Of a DNA stretch of 64,000 bases, positions 27,989-38,333 are shown piece by piece. The stretch comes from a virus, in IMG/VR virus record IMGVR_UViG_3300014720_000019, positions 32,001-96,000 of that record; one strand, given 5' to 3'. The stretch's first letter is position 1, and each line of letters begins with the position of its first letter. The position numbers and the translations under genes are program-made. The notes under the pieces are model-generated. The model ran no database searches and was not told the origin of the DNA. It saw nothing but the letters and a program-made list of their open reading frames with translations.

Positions 27989-29014
27989 ATGTATAAACAG
28001 ATAAACGTATTACCAATAAACATTAATAATCTAAGTAATGATCAAAAGGTTATAGTCAATGATTTAGCTATAACAATGAATCAATCATCTAATAACTTGT
28101 ATAAACTATTAACACTATTTAATGAAGCAACAACAACTATTGGTTTATACAAGCTTATATATAAGTTAGAAGAGATACTAATAACATTAAATATTATAAA
28201 TACTATTGATTCTAATACATATGATATTAGAGAACAATCAATAGGTAATAAGGAGTTACTATCTATTAAAGAGCATTCAATTAGAATGTTTAACAATGAG
28301 AGAAGTTGGATAACAAGCTATGGATCATTGGGTTATTATCTAGGTTTTATAACTACTAAGAATGCATCATACTTATCACCATCAGAGCAGTCATATTATT
28401 CTTGTCTATCACTCATTAAGTTATATTCTAATTACAATGACTTAGGACAAGCAATACAACAAGATGATAAACAGTATGATGAGTTTATATATAAATACAT
28501 ATCAACTGTCATTAATAGGCAACCAGATGTAGCCACAGTTATTAGACATTTAAAGATATTACATAATTACAACTTGTCCAAATACGGGGCCATTTATCTA
28601 CTAACTAATTTTAAACAAAGACAACATATAGACTTTATATTTCAAACAATATCTATCAACTATATGTACTTCTTAAGAGATGTATATAAAGCTATAAAAG
28701 AGGGTGAGTTAGTTATTAATGATATACCACTAGAAGAGACTTTAATAGACCCAGTAGAAAGCTTATATAAGTATAATGATGAGTTGATAGGACCAGGAGG
28801 TATTAATACTCTTACAGTCCTACTAGCATCTAGTCTAATAAGAAGGGCTCATTATTTATGTAATAGAAACTATATAGACAACATAGATAGAATAAATAAT
28901 CTAATAATAAAGGCCACATCTTTACTATTGTTTAGTCCTATAACTAAATCAATAGGAGAAGAGATAAGTCAAATAATAACAAGGGAGATACCAATATATG
29001 ACAACAACATTTAG
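27989..29014 (+). CDS. Hypothetical protein
   Basis: 341-aa helical ORF within the operon. Confidence 0.65.
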   Translation: MYKQINVLPININNLSNDQKVIVNDLAITMNQSSNNLYKLLTLFNEATTTIGLYKLIYKLEEILITLNIINTIDSNTYDIREQSIGNKELLSIKEHSIRMFNNERSWITSYGSLGYYLGFITTKNASYLSPSEQSYYSCLSLIKLYSNYNDLGQAIQQDDKQYDEFIYKYISTVINRQPDVATVIRHLKILHNYNLSKYGAIYLLTNFKQRQHIDFIFQTISINYMYFLRDVYKAIKEGELVINDIPLEETLIDPVESLYKYNDELIGPGGINTLTVLLASSLIRRAHYLCNRNYIDNIDRINNLIIKATSLLLFSPITKSIGEEISQIITREIPIYDNNI

Positions 29015-32000
29015 TGAACTAGACAAGCCAACAATACAATTAGATCAACTAGATAAAGTAACCTTTGATGGTACTGTCTACAATGAAGTTACTAAGTCTG
29101 CTGATAATATTTTAGCAACAACACAATTAAACAGTAATTTATCCTATGACAACTTCTTATTACACTCATCTAAAGAGTGGTTATCAACATTAGAAGATAT
29201 AACATCAGATCTTGTTAAAGAGACTAAAGACACATCTGATAGGATTAAACAACAAAATAAAGTAATAGATGGCATCAATAAAGCAGCCCCAGATGCAGCC
29301 CCATTTAAAGACACATCTGCTAAGCTGCAAGAAGGAGTTAAAGACTTATCAGAGAGTAGCAAAGCAATGGCACAAGTATATGATTATACAGGTGCTATTA
29401 ACTTCATATCAAGTACAAGTGTTAACACAGTTGCTGGCTCCATTGTTAGTACTAGTGACCTAGGTATGTTTAATAGAAGCCCCTCTATTACAAACATTGC
29501 TAATACAAAGGTAGATAAGATATCAACCTCCTTTCAATTTAGTGACACATCATTAACACAAGATGACAAACATATAACAATTACCAATCAAAGAACTATT
29601 AGTGCTAGTGATGACAATAAGGTTGTATCTAATACCACATCAACTACATCATCTGATAATAAGACAACTGCTGTTAACAGTCATCAAGTAGTAACTAATG
29701 AGCAAGCTTTATATAATAACACAACAACAGTAGTAGCTAAGGAGGCTGCTATATTTGGTAGTGGAGGACCAACAACAGTAATAGGACAAACAGGTATAAC
29801 AATAGCTGCTGGTCAAACAAATAAGACAACAGCATCAGGCGCATCAACAGACCCAGCACCAACTGAGATATTACCAGAATTACCACCTCCTAATATTGAA
29901 TTATTATCAATAGGAGATATAACATCAAAGGCTAATGGTAGCTGCATTACAAGTGGAGATACAATTGGTAATAACTGTAATAAGTTTGGAGTCATATCAA
30001 TTGACAACACTCAATCTTCAACAACAACAGCTATTACAAGTAAGGCTCAAACGGTAGTTACTAGTGATGCTTTAACATATAATGGCACACAAAACACTGG
30101 CATACTAGTAACACCTACTGCCATATTAGCAGGTACAGGATTAGCACCACTAATACCAATACTAGGAGAAGTATTACCACCAATTATTATTGACTTGCCA
30201 GAGTTACCAGAGTTTCCATTTGGCAGTTTAGCAGACTTCTTATCTAAGTGTTTACCATTCAATATTGCCACACCAACTACTATTAATAATAATAGTAGTA
30301 CTACTAACACAGATATAACCACAAGTGTTGGTAATGGAGAAATAATAACCAGCCCTGTTCTTAATCCTGCTGAGCCTCCACCATTAGAAGTTGCACCAGA
30401 ACCTCCATTAGTTGTATTAGAGCCGCAGTCTAGTACACAACCAACCACACCAACATTAGATGAGCCAGTTGATATATCATTAGAAGATCCATTAGTACAA
30501 CCAAGTAAGACATCTGAGCCTGCTAGCAATAAACAAGTAAAAGCTAATAAGACTGATAGAGCAGTTGATGAGGCACCAGTTCAATCTAACCAAACAAAGA
30601 ACAAACAACATAATACCAAAGGTGTAGTAATAGCTGCTTCTCAATTAGGCATATTACATCCTGTATTACAAAGACCAGAGGATGTTATTAATCCTAATAA
30701 AAACACCACACAATCTACATCTATAGTGCCTGAGATATCACCACAACTAACATATGGTGAGTCATTAAAGTCAATAACAAACTTACAACAATTTGAAGTT
30801 GTTCAGTCATTTAGTAAAGACATTAGACCTTTTATAACAGGTAATTATAGTGACTTTACAAAGGCAATTGCAATAGTAGAAACAAGTGGAATAACTATTA
30901 GTACTGACTACCCAACAACCATTAATAATATATTATCTGATAAGTCTATAGTTAATCAGATACAGACATTTATTAACACTAAAAGACCAATTGGACAGGG
31001 AGGACAACAGCCACCAAACATACAAGATGATATATCTAATCCTATATCAGATCTTAATAGTGGTGGCAATAACTTTAGAACGCCTGCTACACCTGGACAA
31101 GGCATATTAGATACTATGACAGTATTAGGTGAACCATCAACTACAACTAAAATGTCTATACTAAGAACAACTCCTGGTTGGTTTAGTAATAATGATCAAA
31201 TAGCTAACATTGATCCTAATACTGTAACTGACTTTAAGTTTGGGGATGAACTAATTGATAATGCTAACTTAGCTGGCATATCAGAGTTATTAAATAACAA
31301 GTATGTAGATACTATTAAAGGATTAATACCAGATTCTAAGATACAATCAGCCCTCTCATTAACACAAGATATAGCTGCTGGCAGAATAACAACACCACAA
31401 GAGTATGCAAGAGCTATTGCTAATGTAGCAGGAGGAGAAATAGCAACATACATAACATATGCTGAGCAAGCATTTAACATATATCAACAAGTAGAACAGG
31501 GCAACTATACAGCACTATTAGATATACCAGGAGTATCTAATGTATTAGGCAGTAAAGGCACAGCAGTAGCATCAAAGGTGTTATCTCTAATAAGTAAGAA
31601 GAACATAACTGATAAGGATATATATGATGTAGCTGGTAGTATATTCACAGCATTAACAGGCATTGGAATACCCTTATTAGATGAGCTAGCTAAACTACTA
31701 GGATGTATTGACTCATTAAAACAAACAGAGCCCTTTCTACAATCAATATCTAACCCAGACTTACAAGACATTATTGATTATCTACCTAGAATAATACAAT
31801 CAGCAAAAGATAATAATGTTGTATTAAATATAAACCCTGATAACTCTAGAATAATACAATCAGCAAAGGATAATAATGTTGTATTAAATATAAACCCTGA
31901 TAACTGTGGTCAAGTAATAGAGTTATCAGCAGAAGAAGCAACTATAACTGTAATAGAGATTGGGCCATCATATATTAAGTTCAAGTTAGATAGTAGAGAT

Positions 32001-32309
32001 CTAATAAGATTTAACAATAATCCATTACCAGACATAGGAACATATGTAAATGTATACTCAGAGTTCTACACTGATAGAGTTACAAATAAAGTCTTATTAC
32101 CTTATAAAGTTGGGACTCAATTCACATCTAATATCATTGAATATGTAATTACAAGTAGAAATGGAAGTGAATACACAGCAACTCTTATAAATACTAATAC
32201 TATATTAACCTTAGAAGATAACATCACAGGCAGTCTATATGAGTATAGATCTATAGACATTGGTAATAGATTAGCACCTTACATACTAGACTCATACATA
32301 CTTTTATAA
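28998..32309 (+). CDS. Large virion protein with Ser/Thr beta-repeat region (spike beta-helix-like) and Pro-rich linkers
   Basis: Short-period S/T/N-rich strands (about aa 130-380), PELPEFP and EPPPLEVAPEPP linkers; baseplate context. Confidence 0.45.
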   Translation: MTTTFSELDKPTIQLDQLDKVTFDGTVYNEVTKSADNILATTQLNSNLSYDNFLLHSSKEWLSTLEDITSDLVKETKDTSDRIKQQNKVIDGINKAAPDAAPFKDTSAKLQEGVKDLSESSKAMAQVYDYTGAINFISSTSVNTVAGSIVSTSDLGMFNRSPSITNIANTKVDKISTSFQFSDTSLTQDDKHITITNQRTISASDDNKVVSNTTSTTSSDNKTTAVNSHQVVTNEQALYNNTTTVVAKEAAIFGSGGPTTVIGQTGITIAAGQTNKTTASGASTDPAPTEILPELPPPNIELLSIGDITSKANGSCITSGDTIGNNCNKFGVISIDNTQSSTTTAITSKAQTVVTSDALTYNGTQNTGILVTPTAILAGTGLAPLIPILGEVLPPIIIDLPELPEFPFGSLADFLSKCLPFNIATPTTINNNSSTTNTDITTSVGNGEIITSPVLNPAEPPPLEVAPEPPLVVLEPQSSTQPTTPTLDEPVDISLEDPLVQPSKTSEPASNKQVKANKTDRAVDEAPVQSNQTKNKQHNTKGVVIAASQLGILHPVLQRPEDVINPNKNTTQSTSIVPEISPQLTYGESLKSITNLQQFEVVQSFSKDIRPFITGNYSDFTKAIAIVETSGITISTDYPTTINNILSDKSIVNQIQTFINTKRPIGQGGQQPPNIQDDISNPISDLNSGGNNFRTPATPGQGILDTMTVLGEPSTTTKMSILRTTPGWFSNNDQIANIDPNTVTDFKFGDELIDNANLAGISELLNNKYVDTIKGLIPDSKIQSALSLTQDIAAGRITTPQEYARAIANVAGGEIATYITYAEQAFNIYQQVEQGNYTALLDIPGVSNVLGSKGTAVASKVLSLISKKNITDKDIYDVAGSIFTALTGIGIPLLDELAKLLGCIDSLKQTEPFLQSISNPDLQDIIDYLPRIIQSAKDNNVVLNINPDNSRIIQSAKDNNVVLNINPDNCGQVIELSAEEATITVIEIGPSYIKFKLDSRDLIRFNNNPLPDIGTYVNVYSEFYTDRVTNKVLLPYKVGTQFTSNIIEYVITSRNGSEYTATLINTNTILTLEDNITGSLYEYRSIDIGNRLAPYILDSYILL
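31786..31905 (+). repeat. 60-bp in-frame tandem duplication
   Basis: 31786-31845 and 31846-31905 differ at one base; encodes RIIQSAKDNNVVLNINPDN twice. Confidence 0.95.
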
Positions 32310-32322
32310 GAGATAAAATAAC

Positions 32323-32673
32323 ATGTTTATACCAGCTACTAAATACATAACAGAAGGATTTGCCATATATCTAATACCTAAAACAGATAGTCAAATAGCC
32401 ACTATAAAAATTACCTATTCAGATATTAATCCAATACTAGATTGGCTCAAATGCAACAAACAGCTAACTATATATGAGGAGGACATATTAATACTAAGAG
32501 AGCCAAGAATAGTAACTATTAATTACACTCTTATAAAAGGCTTTTACACCATAGATGTATCCTACAAACAAGGCTTATACATTGTTGATAATGAATCAAT
32601 AACAATAGGTCTAGTAAAAGATGAAAAGACAGTGCATATTAACTTTCCACAATCAGCATATAAACTAATATAA
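32323..32673 (+). CDS. Hypothetical protein
   Basis: 116-aa ORF within the operon. Confidence 0.6.
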   Translation: MFIPATKYITEGFAIYLIPKTDSQIATIKITYSDINPILDWLKCNKQLTIYEEDILILREPRIVTINYTLIKGFYTIDVSYKQGLYIVDNESITIGLVKDEKTVHINFPQSAYKLI

Positions 32674-32677
32674 CAAC

Positions 32678-33037
32678 ATGTTTGATATAAAAGGTACTAC
32701 AGATATTGAGTTAGATAATAGAGGAGATATAATACTTGAGACAACACCTAACTCATTATTTAGAAAGGCATTATTAACACCTAAAGGTTATATATCATAT
32801 GAGTATGCTCCTGACTCTACTATTGATAGTAACTATGGTAATAATGTTTATTACAAGATTAGAGAGAATATAAACACTGATGTAATAGCAACATTAAATG
32901 ATGATGTTAGAGATGCTGCATCCTATGTTAATGTGCCAACAAAGAACATACAAGCATCAGTTGATTCTTTAGCAACTATAAACTATCTAATAACATATAC
33001 AGACACATCTACACAGGAGATAACAATAAATGTCTAG
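32678..33037 (+). CDS. Baseplate wedge / sheath initiator (gp25/gpW-like)
   Basis: DIELDNRGDI, ALLTPKG and NYG; directly before baseplate J. Confidence 0.7.
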   Translation: MFDIKGTTDIELDNRGDIILETTPNSLFRKALLTPKGYISYEYAPDSTIDSNYGNNVYYKIRENINTDVIATLNDDVRDAASYVNVPTKNIQASVDSLATINYLITYTDTSTQEITINV

Positions 33038-34091
33038 AACAATTGAACAGATATTAGATGATATAAAACTTCAGTTTAGAGATGGCCCCTTACAAACAGC
33101 AGCTAATAACAGGGGCAACTTATACTCTTTAATAAGGGGTATAGCTATATCATGTTATAACCAAGAACAAATAATAGAAGAGTTATTAAATACTAGACTA
33201 GTAACAACAGCATCAGGTGTTAATTTAGACATATATGCTAATAACTATGGTCTTATTAGAAGACAAGGTACAAGTGCATTTGGCTCTGTTATTATTAAGT
33301 CAACTGAGGATTTAGTATTGCCATCTAGAACATTACTACAAACACAAGATGGACTATTAACCTATGAAACAGTGGCAGCAACAAGACTACCAGCTAATAA
33401 GGAGATAACGGTTGACATTGCATCTATATCTAAGACCTTTGAAGCAAACCTATCAGCCTCATCCGTTCTTATATCCCCTATATATCCAAAGTTATTTATT
33501 CAAGTTGGTAAGTTTAGAGATACTAGTAATATTATTATTGGCTCATTAAGTGGTGGTTCAAGTGTTGAGTCTGATAACTCATTAAGAGATAGGTTATCTA
33601 TTTATATTAATAATAAAGGCATAGTAACCCTGCCATCTATTAAAGCATTAGCACAGAACTATGTTAGTGATGTCTACTTTGTTGAAGGAAGACCAGCCCC
33701 AGGATATACAACAATATATGTAAACACACAAGATCAATTAACAATTGACCTACTAACTAATAAGTTAAATGAGATAAAACCTATTGGCACCTTATTAGTA
33801 ATTGAACCAATACAATACCAACAAGTAGATATTATAGTAGAAGTGACATATACAAATAACATTACTGACTCCTTATCTATTATTAACAGTAGTGTTAAAC
33901 AAGCTATAAATATATACTTTAATAGCTTGTCAATTGGAGATACTTTAATATTAAATAACTTGTCAACTTTTATTAGTTCATATACTGGATATATTAATAG
34001 AATAGTTAAACCATCAACTGATTTAACACCTCTAATTAGTCAGTATTTATTGATTCCAAATGAGGTAAAAATTAATGTTAAATCAAAGTAA
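33030..34091 (+). CDS. Baseplate J-like protein
   Basis: TASGVNLDIYANNYGLIRRQGTSAFG, GGSSVESDNSLRDRL, PGYTTIYV and KPIGT. Confidence 0.9.
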   Translation: MSRTIEQILDDIKLQFRDGPLQTAANNRGNLYSLIRGIAISCYNQEQIIEELLNTRLVTTASGVNLDIYANNYGLIRRQGTSAFGSVIIKSTEDLVLPSRTLLQTQDGLLTYETVAATRLPANKEITVDIASISKTFEANLSASSVLISPIYPKLFIQVGKFRDTSNIIIGSLSGGSSVESDNSLRDRLSIYINNKGIVTLPSIKALAQNYVSDVYFVEGRPAPGYTTIYVNTQDQLTIDLLTNKLNEIKPIGTLLVIEPIQYQQVDIIVEVTYTNNITDSLSIINSSVKQAINIYFNSLSIGDTLILNNLSTFISSYTGYINRIVKPSTDLTPLISQYLLIPNEVKINVKSK

Positions 34092-36138
34092 TTACTATTT
34101 TAATTTACTACTAACATATTTAGATCAGGGCGGTAATAATATATGGTGGTCAACTAATAAGATTAAAACAACAAAGCCTACAGCACAACTTGTTGTAACT
34201 GGACAAGGTATAGAAGATGGATGTATAGAAGAGGATTGCATCCCTATTTGCTCAGAGATTATAGAGAATGAGCAGCAGATATTAGAAGAGATAGTTGGCA
34301 CCCAACAATTAATATATCCAACATTTAATATATCTAATACACTATCAATTAAGTTAAACAACTTATATCTTATAGACACGCCAAACTACATAGAAGATGA
34401 GTGTATTGAATCAGAATGCATTGAAGAGTTTGGTATATGGACAAAGGCTATAAAAACTAATAATAAAGTTGTAGTTGAGGATGAGACGTACTATTTCATA
34501 AAAGCTAATATTGATGGATATGGTTTTGCCTATATATATTCCATATTCTTAATTCATGAAGAAACAGGAGAAGAAATACAAATAGTAAAGAACAAAGGAT
34601 TATTATCACCTAATATTACTATTGAATATGAAGTTCCACAGGGATTTAACGTTGCTCTTGTTATAACTAAGTTCAACATAGAAGAAATAGTAACAACATA
34701 CAAATTTGTATCTAGCCCTTTATATTTAAGATCAAATTTTAATACAAATATTGTTTGGGGCCCCTTATATCACAACATAGAAGAAGTATTACTAACAATA
34801 ATATATCTATTAAATACTGATCTAGATATAGAAGATGATAATAGATTAATATTATATAAAACAAAACAACAAGTACTAACAAATATTCTTCTTCAAACTA
34901 TACAATCAATTACTACTGATAATAGTTATAACTACTCATATATAAAGAATAAAACTAGTCCATCTTTATACAATTTACTAGTAACAAATAACACTGAAGT
35001 AATAGATGATATAAGTATTAATCCCGCAATATATGAGACTCATAATTACATAAAAGAAGAAGAGTCAGATCTTATTATATTGTTATTAACTATTGTACTA
35101 GCTCTAACTAATAGCCCTTTACTACAAATTTATATTGACAAAACAATCTCTATTGATAGTTATAACTTAAAGGAGTTAGTATTAAAAGTAATAGCTTTAA
35201 CTGAAGCTTATAAAATAACTAAGGATATATACATATTATCAATTGCTACAACTACTATAAATCAAATAGAAAAGAGATTTCTAATAACTAATAACAAGTA
35301 CATTGAATCTCTAAATAATCCTATACAGACAATAGAGTCTAAGATTTATGGCGATTTGTTTAATTACTATATTAACAAGACAACTATAACTACTAAAGAT
35401 TATATTGAATCGGAGATAACCTATCTAGCTAATATCAACCTGTATTTGACAGATGCAAAACAAATAATAACGAATAATCCTATTCATCTATTACTACTTA
35501 ATCTAATAGAAGCATCAATATATAAGCCAAACCCCACCTCTCTAATAACTACAGTTACTAACATATCAAATACAAGTTATTTATCATCTAATATATTTGA
35601 ATCTTATAAACTACATAAAAAAGAAGTAATAACAACATTTAAAGATTCTATACCAACTGATTTTGGTTGGTTATCTTCTTCTACTCCTATACTAGACCAA
35701 ATAATAGAAGCAATAACAAAACCAATAATTGATTTATATATTCACTCTAAATATATACAAGATAGTTATATATATAAAGAAGCCCTAATAAATACATATA
35801 AAGGATTATTTATCAATAGTAAAGAATTATTACCCCTAACTTTTACCAACAATTTAGGACTAATTAGAGATAGCTTATGGCCTGGTAAGTATAGTAATAG
35901 CGTTGATTTAGAAGTCAAAGGATATATAGATGAAGACATTTATGATAGATATAACAATATAAAAAGTCTAGGTATTGAGACAAATCTTATATCTACTATA
36001 GATCTTCCAGTTATTAATAATTTTGATACGTGCATTGATATTATTAAGAAAGAGGACTTTAGATGTCAAGTTGACATTAATGGTCAGTTAATACTACTAA
36101 CAGATGGACAGTGTGATTTAGCGCCGCCAGTACTATGA
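34075..36138 (+). CDS. Putative baseplate protein; frame continues past its TGA to 36219
   Basis: Follows baseplate J; has Cys/Glu-rich patches; see finding at 36136. Confidence 0.55.
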   Translation: MLNQSNYYFNLLLTYLDQGGNNIWWSTNKIKTTKPTAQLVVTGQGIEDGCIEEDCIPICSEIIENEQQILEEIVGTQQLIYPTFNISNTLSIKLNNLYLIDTPNYIEDECIESECIEEFGIWTKAIKTNNKVVVEDETYYFIKANIDGYGFAYIYSIFLIHEETGEEIQIVKNKGLLSPNITIEYEVPQGFNVALVITKFNIEEIVTTYKFVSSPLYLRSNFNTNIVWGPLYHNIEEVLLTIIYLLNTDLDIEDDNRLILYKTKQQVLTNILLQTIQSITTDNSYNYSYIKNKTSPSLYNLLVTNNTEVIDDISINPAIYETHNYIKEEESDLIILLLTIVLALTNSPLLQIYIDKTISIDSYNLKELVLKVIALTEAYKITKDIYILSIATTTINQIEKRFLITNNKYIESLNNPIQTIESKIYGDLFNYYINKTTITTKDYIESEITYLANINLYLTDAKQIITNNPIHLLLLNLIEASIYKPNPTSLITTVTNISNTSYLSSNIFESYKLHKKEVITTFKDSIPTDFGWLSSSTPILDQIIEAITKPIIDLYIHSKYIQDSYIYKEALINTYKGLFINSKELLPLTFTNNLGLIRDSLWPGKYSNSVDLEVKGYIDEDIYDRYNNIKSLGIETNLISTIDLPVINNFDTCIDIIKKEDFRCQVDINGQLILLTDGQCDLAPPVL

Positions 36139-36211
36139 ATATTACTACAAGAAACAAACTATCCAATAACGCAAGAAACATCAATTCAAGACAACATATT
36201 AATAGAAAGTA

Positions 36212-37282
36212 ATGAGTAACATAACAATTCCTGAGTTACCCTTAGTAACAACAATTCCTCTTAATAGCCTCATACCATTTGAAAATATACAAAATAATGA
36301 GACACAAGCTACAACCTTATCTACAATCCTATCTAATGTTGTTCCTAGTACAAAGTTATATATAAATAATGTATTATCTGGCACCTATCCAGCTTTAAAC
36401 ATAATAGCTGGATCTAATATAACTTTAGCTGGATCTAACTCATCTAATTACTATAACCTAACCATTAATAGCACCATACCAAACCCCCTATCAATTGCTA
36501 ATGTTGGAGGAGGCATTCAATTATATAAGAACTTTAATACTAATTATAACTTTAAGACGTTAGTAGCAGGTTCTAATATATCTATTACACCAGATACTGA
36601 CATAGTAACCATCTCAGCTACTAATGTTGGTGAGACTAACACTGTTACAACTGTTGGTACAGGCGTATCATTATTTAAACAAAAGACAGGATCAGATCTA
36701 CAATTCAAATCTATAGTAGCAGGCTCCAACATATCTATTGATACAAGTAATAACAATCAAATAGTAATTAATAGTACTGGTGGATCTTCTAATGCAACGG
36801 GCCAAAATATAGGTATTGGCACAGGTAGATTATATGTTAATAATGTGTCATCCGTACTTAGATTCAAAACACTAAGAGCAGGATCTAACATACTTATAAG
36901 TGATGGTGCATCAGAGGTTATTATTAGTGCTGTTACTGGTGGAGAAGGAACCACCACTAACTTAGCTTCTAAGTATATAACAGGACAATCATTTGGCTCT
37001 CTTATCCCAAGTAACAATCAAGTATTTAAAGTAGTTAATAGTGATCGGTGGGCATTAGCATTACCAAGTGATAGTACAACACCAATTATAAACTTTCTAG
37101 CTTTCTATTTAAGTGGTAGACTATATTTATCTAACAACTTTATTGATGGATTAACTGGCATAGTAGCAGGTACTATCTACTATCTTAACAATAATTCAAC
37201 ATACTCAACTACAGCTTCTACTGTTGTATTAGGAGTTGGTATAAATACAACAACAATATGGTTTAAACCCTATGCTGCATAA
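36212..37282 (+). CDS. Tail fibre/spike-like repeat protein
   Basis: N-terminal ITIPELP; repeated (N/T)VG.G..L.K......FK(T/S)(L/I).AGSNI.I units; GIVAGTIYYL C-terminus. Confidence 0.7.
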   Translation: MSNITIPELPLVTTIPLNSLIPFENIQNNETQATTLSTILSNVVPSTKLYINNVLSGTYPALNIIAGSNITLAGSNSSNYYNLTINSTIPNPLSIANVGGGIQLYKNFNTNYNFKTLVAGSNISITPDTDIVTISATNVGETNTVTTVGTGVSLFKQKTGSDLQFKSIVAGSNISIDTSNNNQIVINSTGGSSNATGQNIGIGTGRLYVNNVSSVLRFKTLRAGSNILISDGASEVIISAVTGGEGTTTNLASKYITGQSFGSLIPSNNQVFKVVNSDRWALALPSDSTTPIINFLAFYLSGRLYLSNNFIDGLTGIVAGTIYYLNNNSTYSTTASTVVLGVGINTTTIWFKPYAA

Positions 37283-38333
37283 TAGAACATTAGTAATAAT
37301 AGGGGCAGGGCCAAGAGGCTTAGCATGTGCCATACAAGGACAAGATATATTTAATAATATATACATCATTGATGATAGTCCCACTACTAGTTGGAGTTCA
37401 GTATCAACTGTTGCTAACTTTGAACTTAGATCACCAATGTCATTTGACCTAGTAACCTATAGTAATAATTATAGAGAATATTCTTTAGGATCAATATTAA
37501 ACCAAGAAGACATAATATTTGACACCCAAGAAGCAATAGAGAGTGACTCTAGAAGACTAAACAGAGTTGATTTTTACAATTATATATGTACTATAAAGTC
37601 TATGTTAGAGAGCAAATCAAATATCAACTTTATATATAGTAAAGTTATAAGCATATACAACAATAAAGTACAACTAGCTAATAATGATTATATAAAGTTT
37701 GACTATTTAATACTTGCTCAAGGAGTAGTAGAAAGACTAACACCAACAAACTTAAAATCCTACAAACAAGTAACTAACTTAGACATATTAAACAACACAT
37801 ATGACAAGTTATTAGTAGTTGGTAGTGGACAAGGCGCATATGACATAGCTTCCTACTTATATAACAAGGGCACAAATGTTGGCATTTATATTAACAAACT
37901 ACCTAAGATACATCAATATCCAGCCCCATCTTATAGTATATGGCAGTCAAGATCAGCCCTATCTAACTACTGTGCATTATTACCATCTATTGACTCAAGA
38001 AAAAGATATATAACTAATGTCAAACAATGGGGGCCATCAATAACACCAAACAATGAATATCTACTAACAACAATACCCATATATTTGAATGAAGACATAA
38101 AAGATGTTATTAGTAAATACAATAATAGATACATATGTAGAACAGGTATAACACCTATTAATACATTAGGATTACAACAAACAGATATAACCACTAACTT
38201 TAGAGTTAAAGGTACTGACATATTTGTAACAGGCCCCTTATCAACCCTATATGATGGACCAAGAGTAAATTCAATAATATCAAGCAGTTCAACTGCAATT
38301 AAAATAATGGAGGAGATAGATGCAAGTATTTAA
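37272..38333 (+). CDS. FAD/NAD(P)H-dependent oxidoreductase, lysine/ornithine N-monooxygenase-like
   Basis: IIGAGPRGL (FAD-binding), LRSP, ILAQG, LVVGSGQGA (NADPH-binding), CRTG and IFVTG. Confidence 0.8.
   Translation: MLHNRTLVIIGAGPRGLACAIQGQDIFNNIYIIDDSPTTSWSSVSTVANFELRSPMSFDLVTYSNNYREYSLGSILNQEDIIFDTQEAIESDSRRLNRVDFYNYICTIKSMLESKSNINFIYSKVISIYNNKVQLANNDYIKFDYLILAQGVVERLTPTNLKSYKQVTNLDILNNTYDKLLVVGSGQGAYDIASYLYNKGTNVGIYINKLPKIHQYPAPSYSIWQSRSALSNYCALLPSIDSRKRYITNVKQWGPSITPNNEYLLTTIPIYLNEDIKDVISKYNNRYICRTGITPINTLGLQQTDITTNFRVKGTDIFVTGPLSTLYDGPRVNSIISSSSTAIKIMEEIDASI

Noticed and set aside
17370-34091. Bacterial eCIS/tailocin/T6SS rather than a phage
   Set aside because: Portal, protease, capsid and terminase genes are all present.
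36135-36212. Tiny ORF MNITTRNKLSNNARNINSRQHINRK in the gap
   Set aside because: Possible but has no motifs; the in-frame continuation of the upstream gene looks more protein-like.
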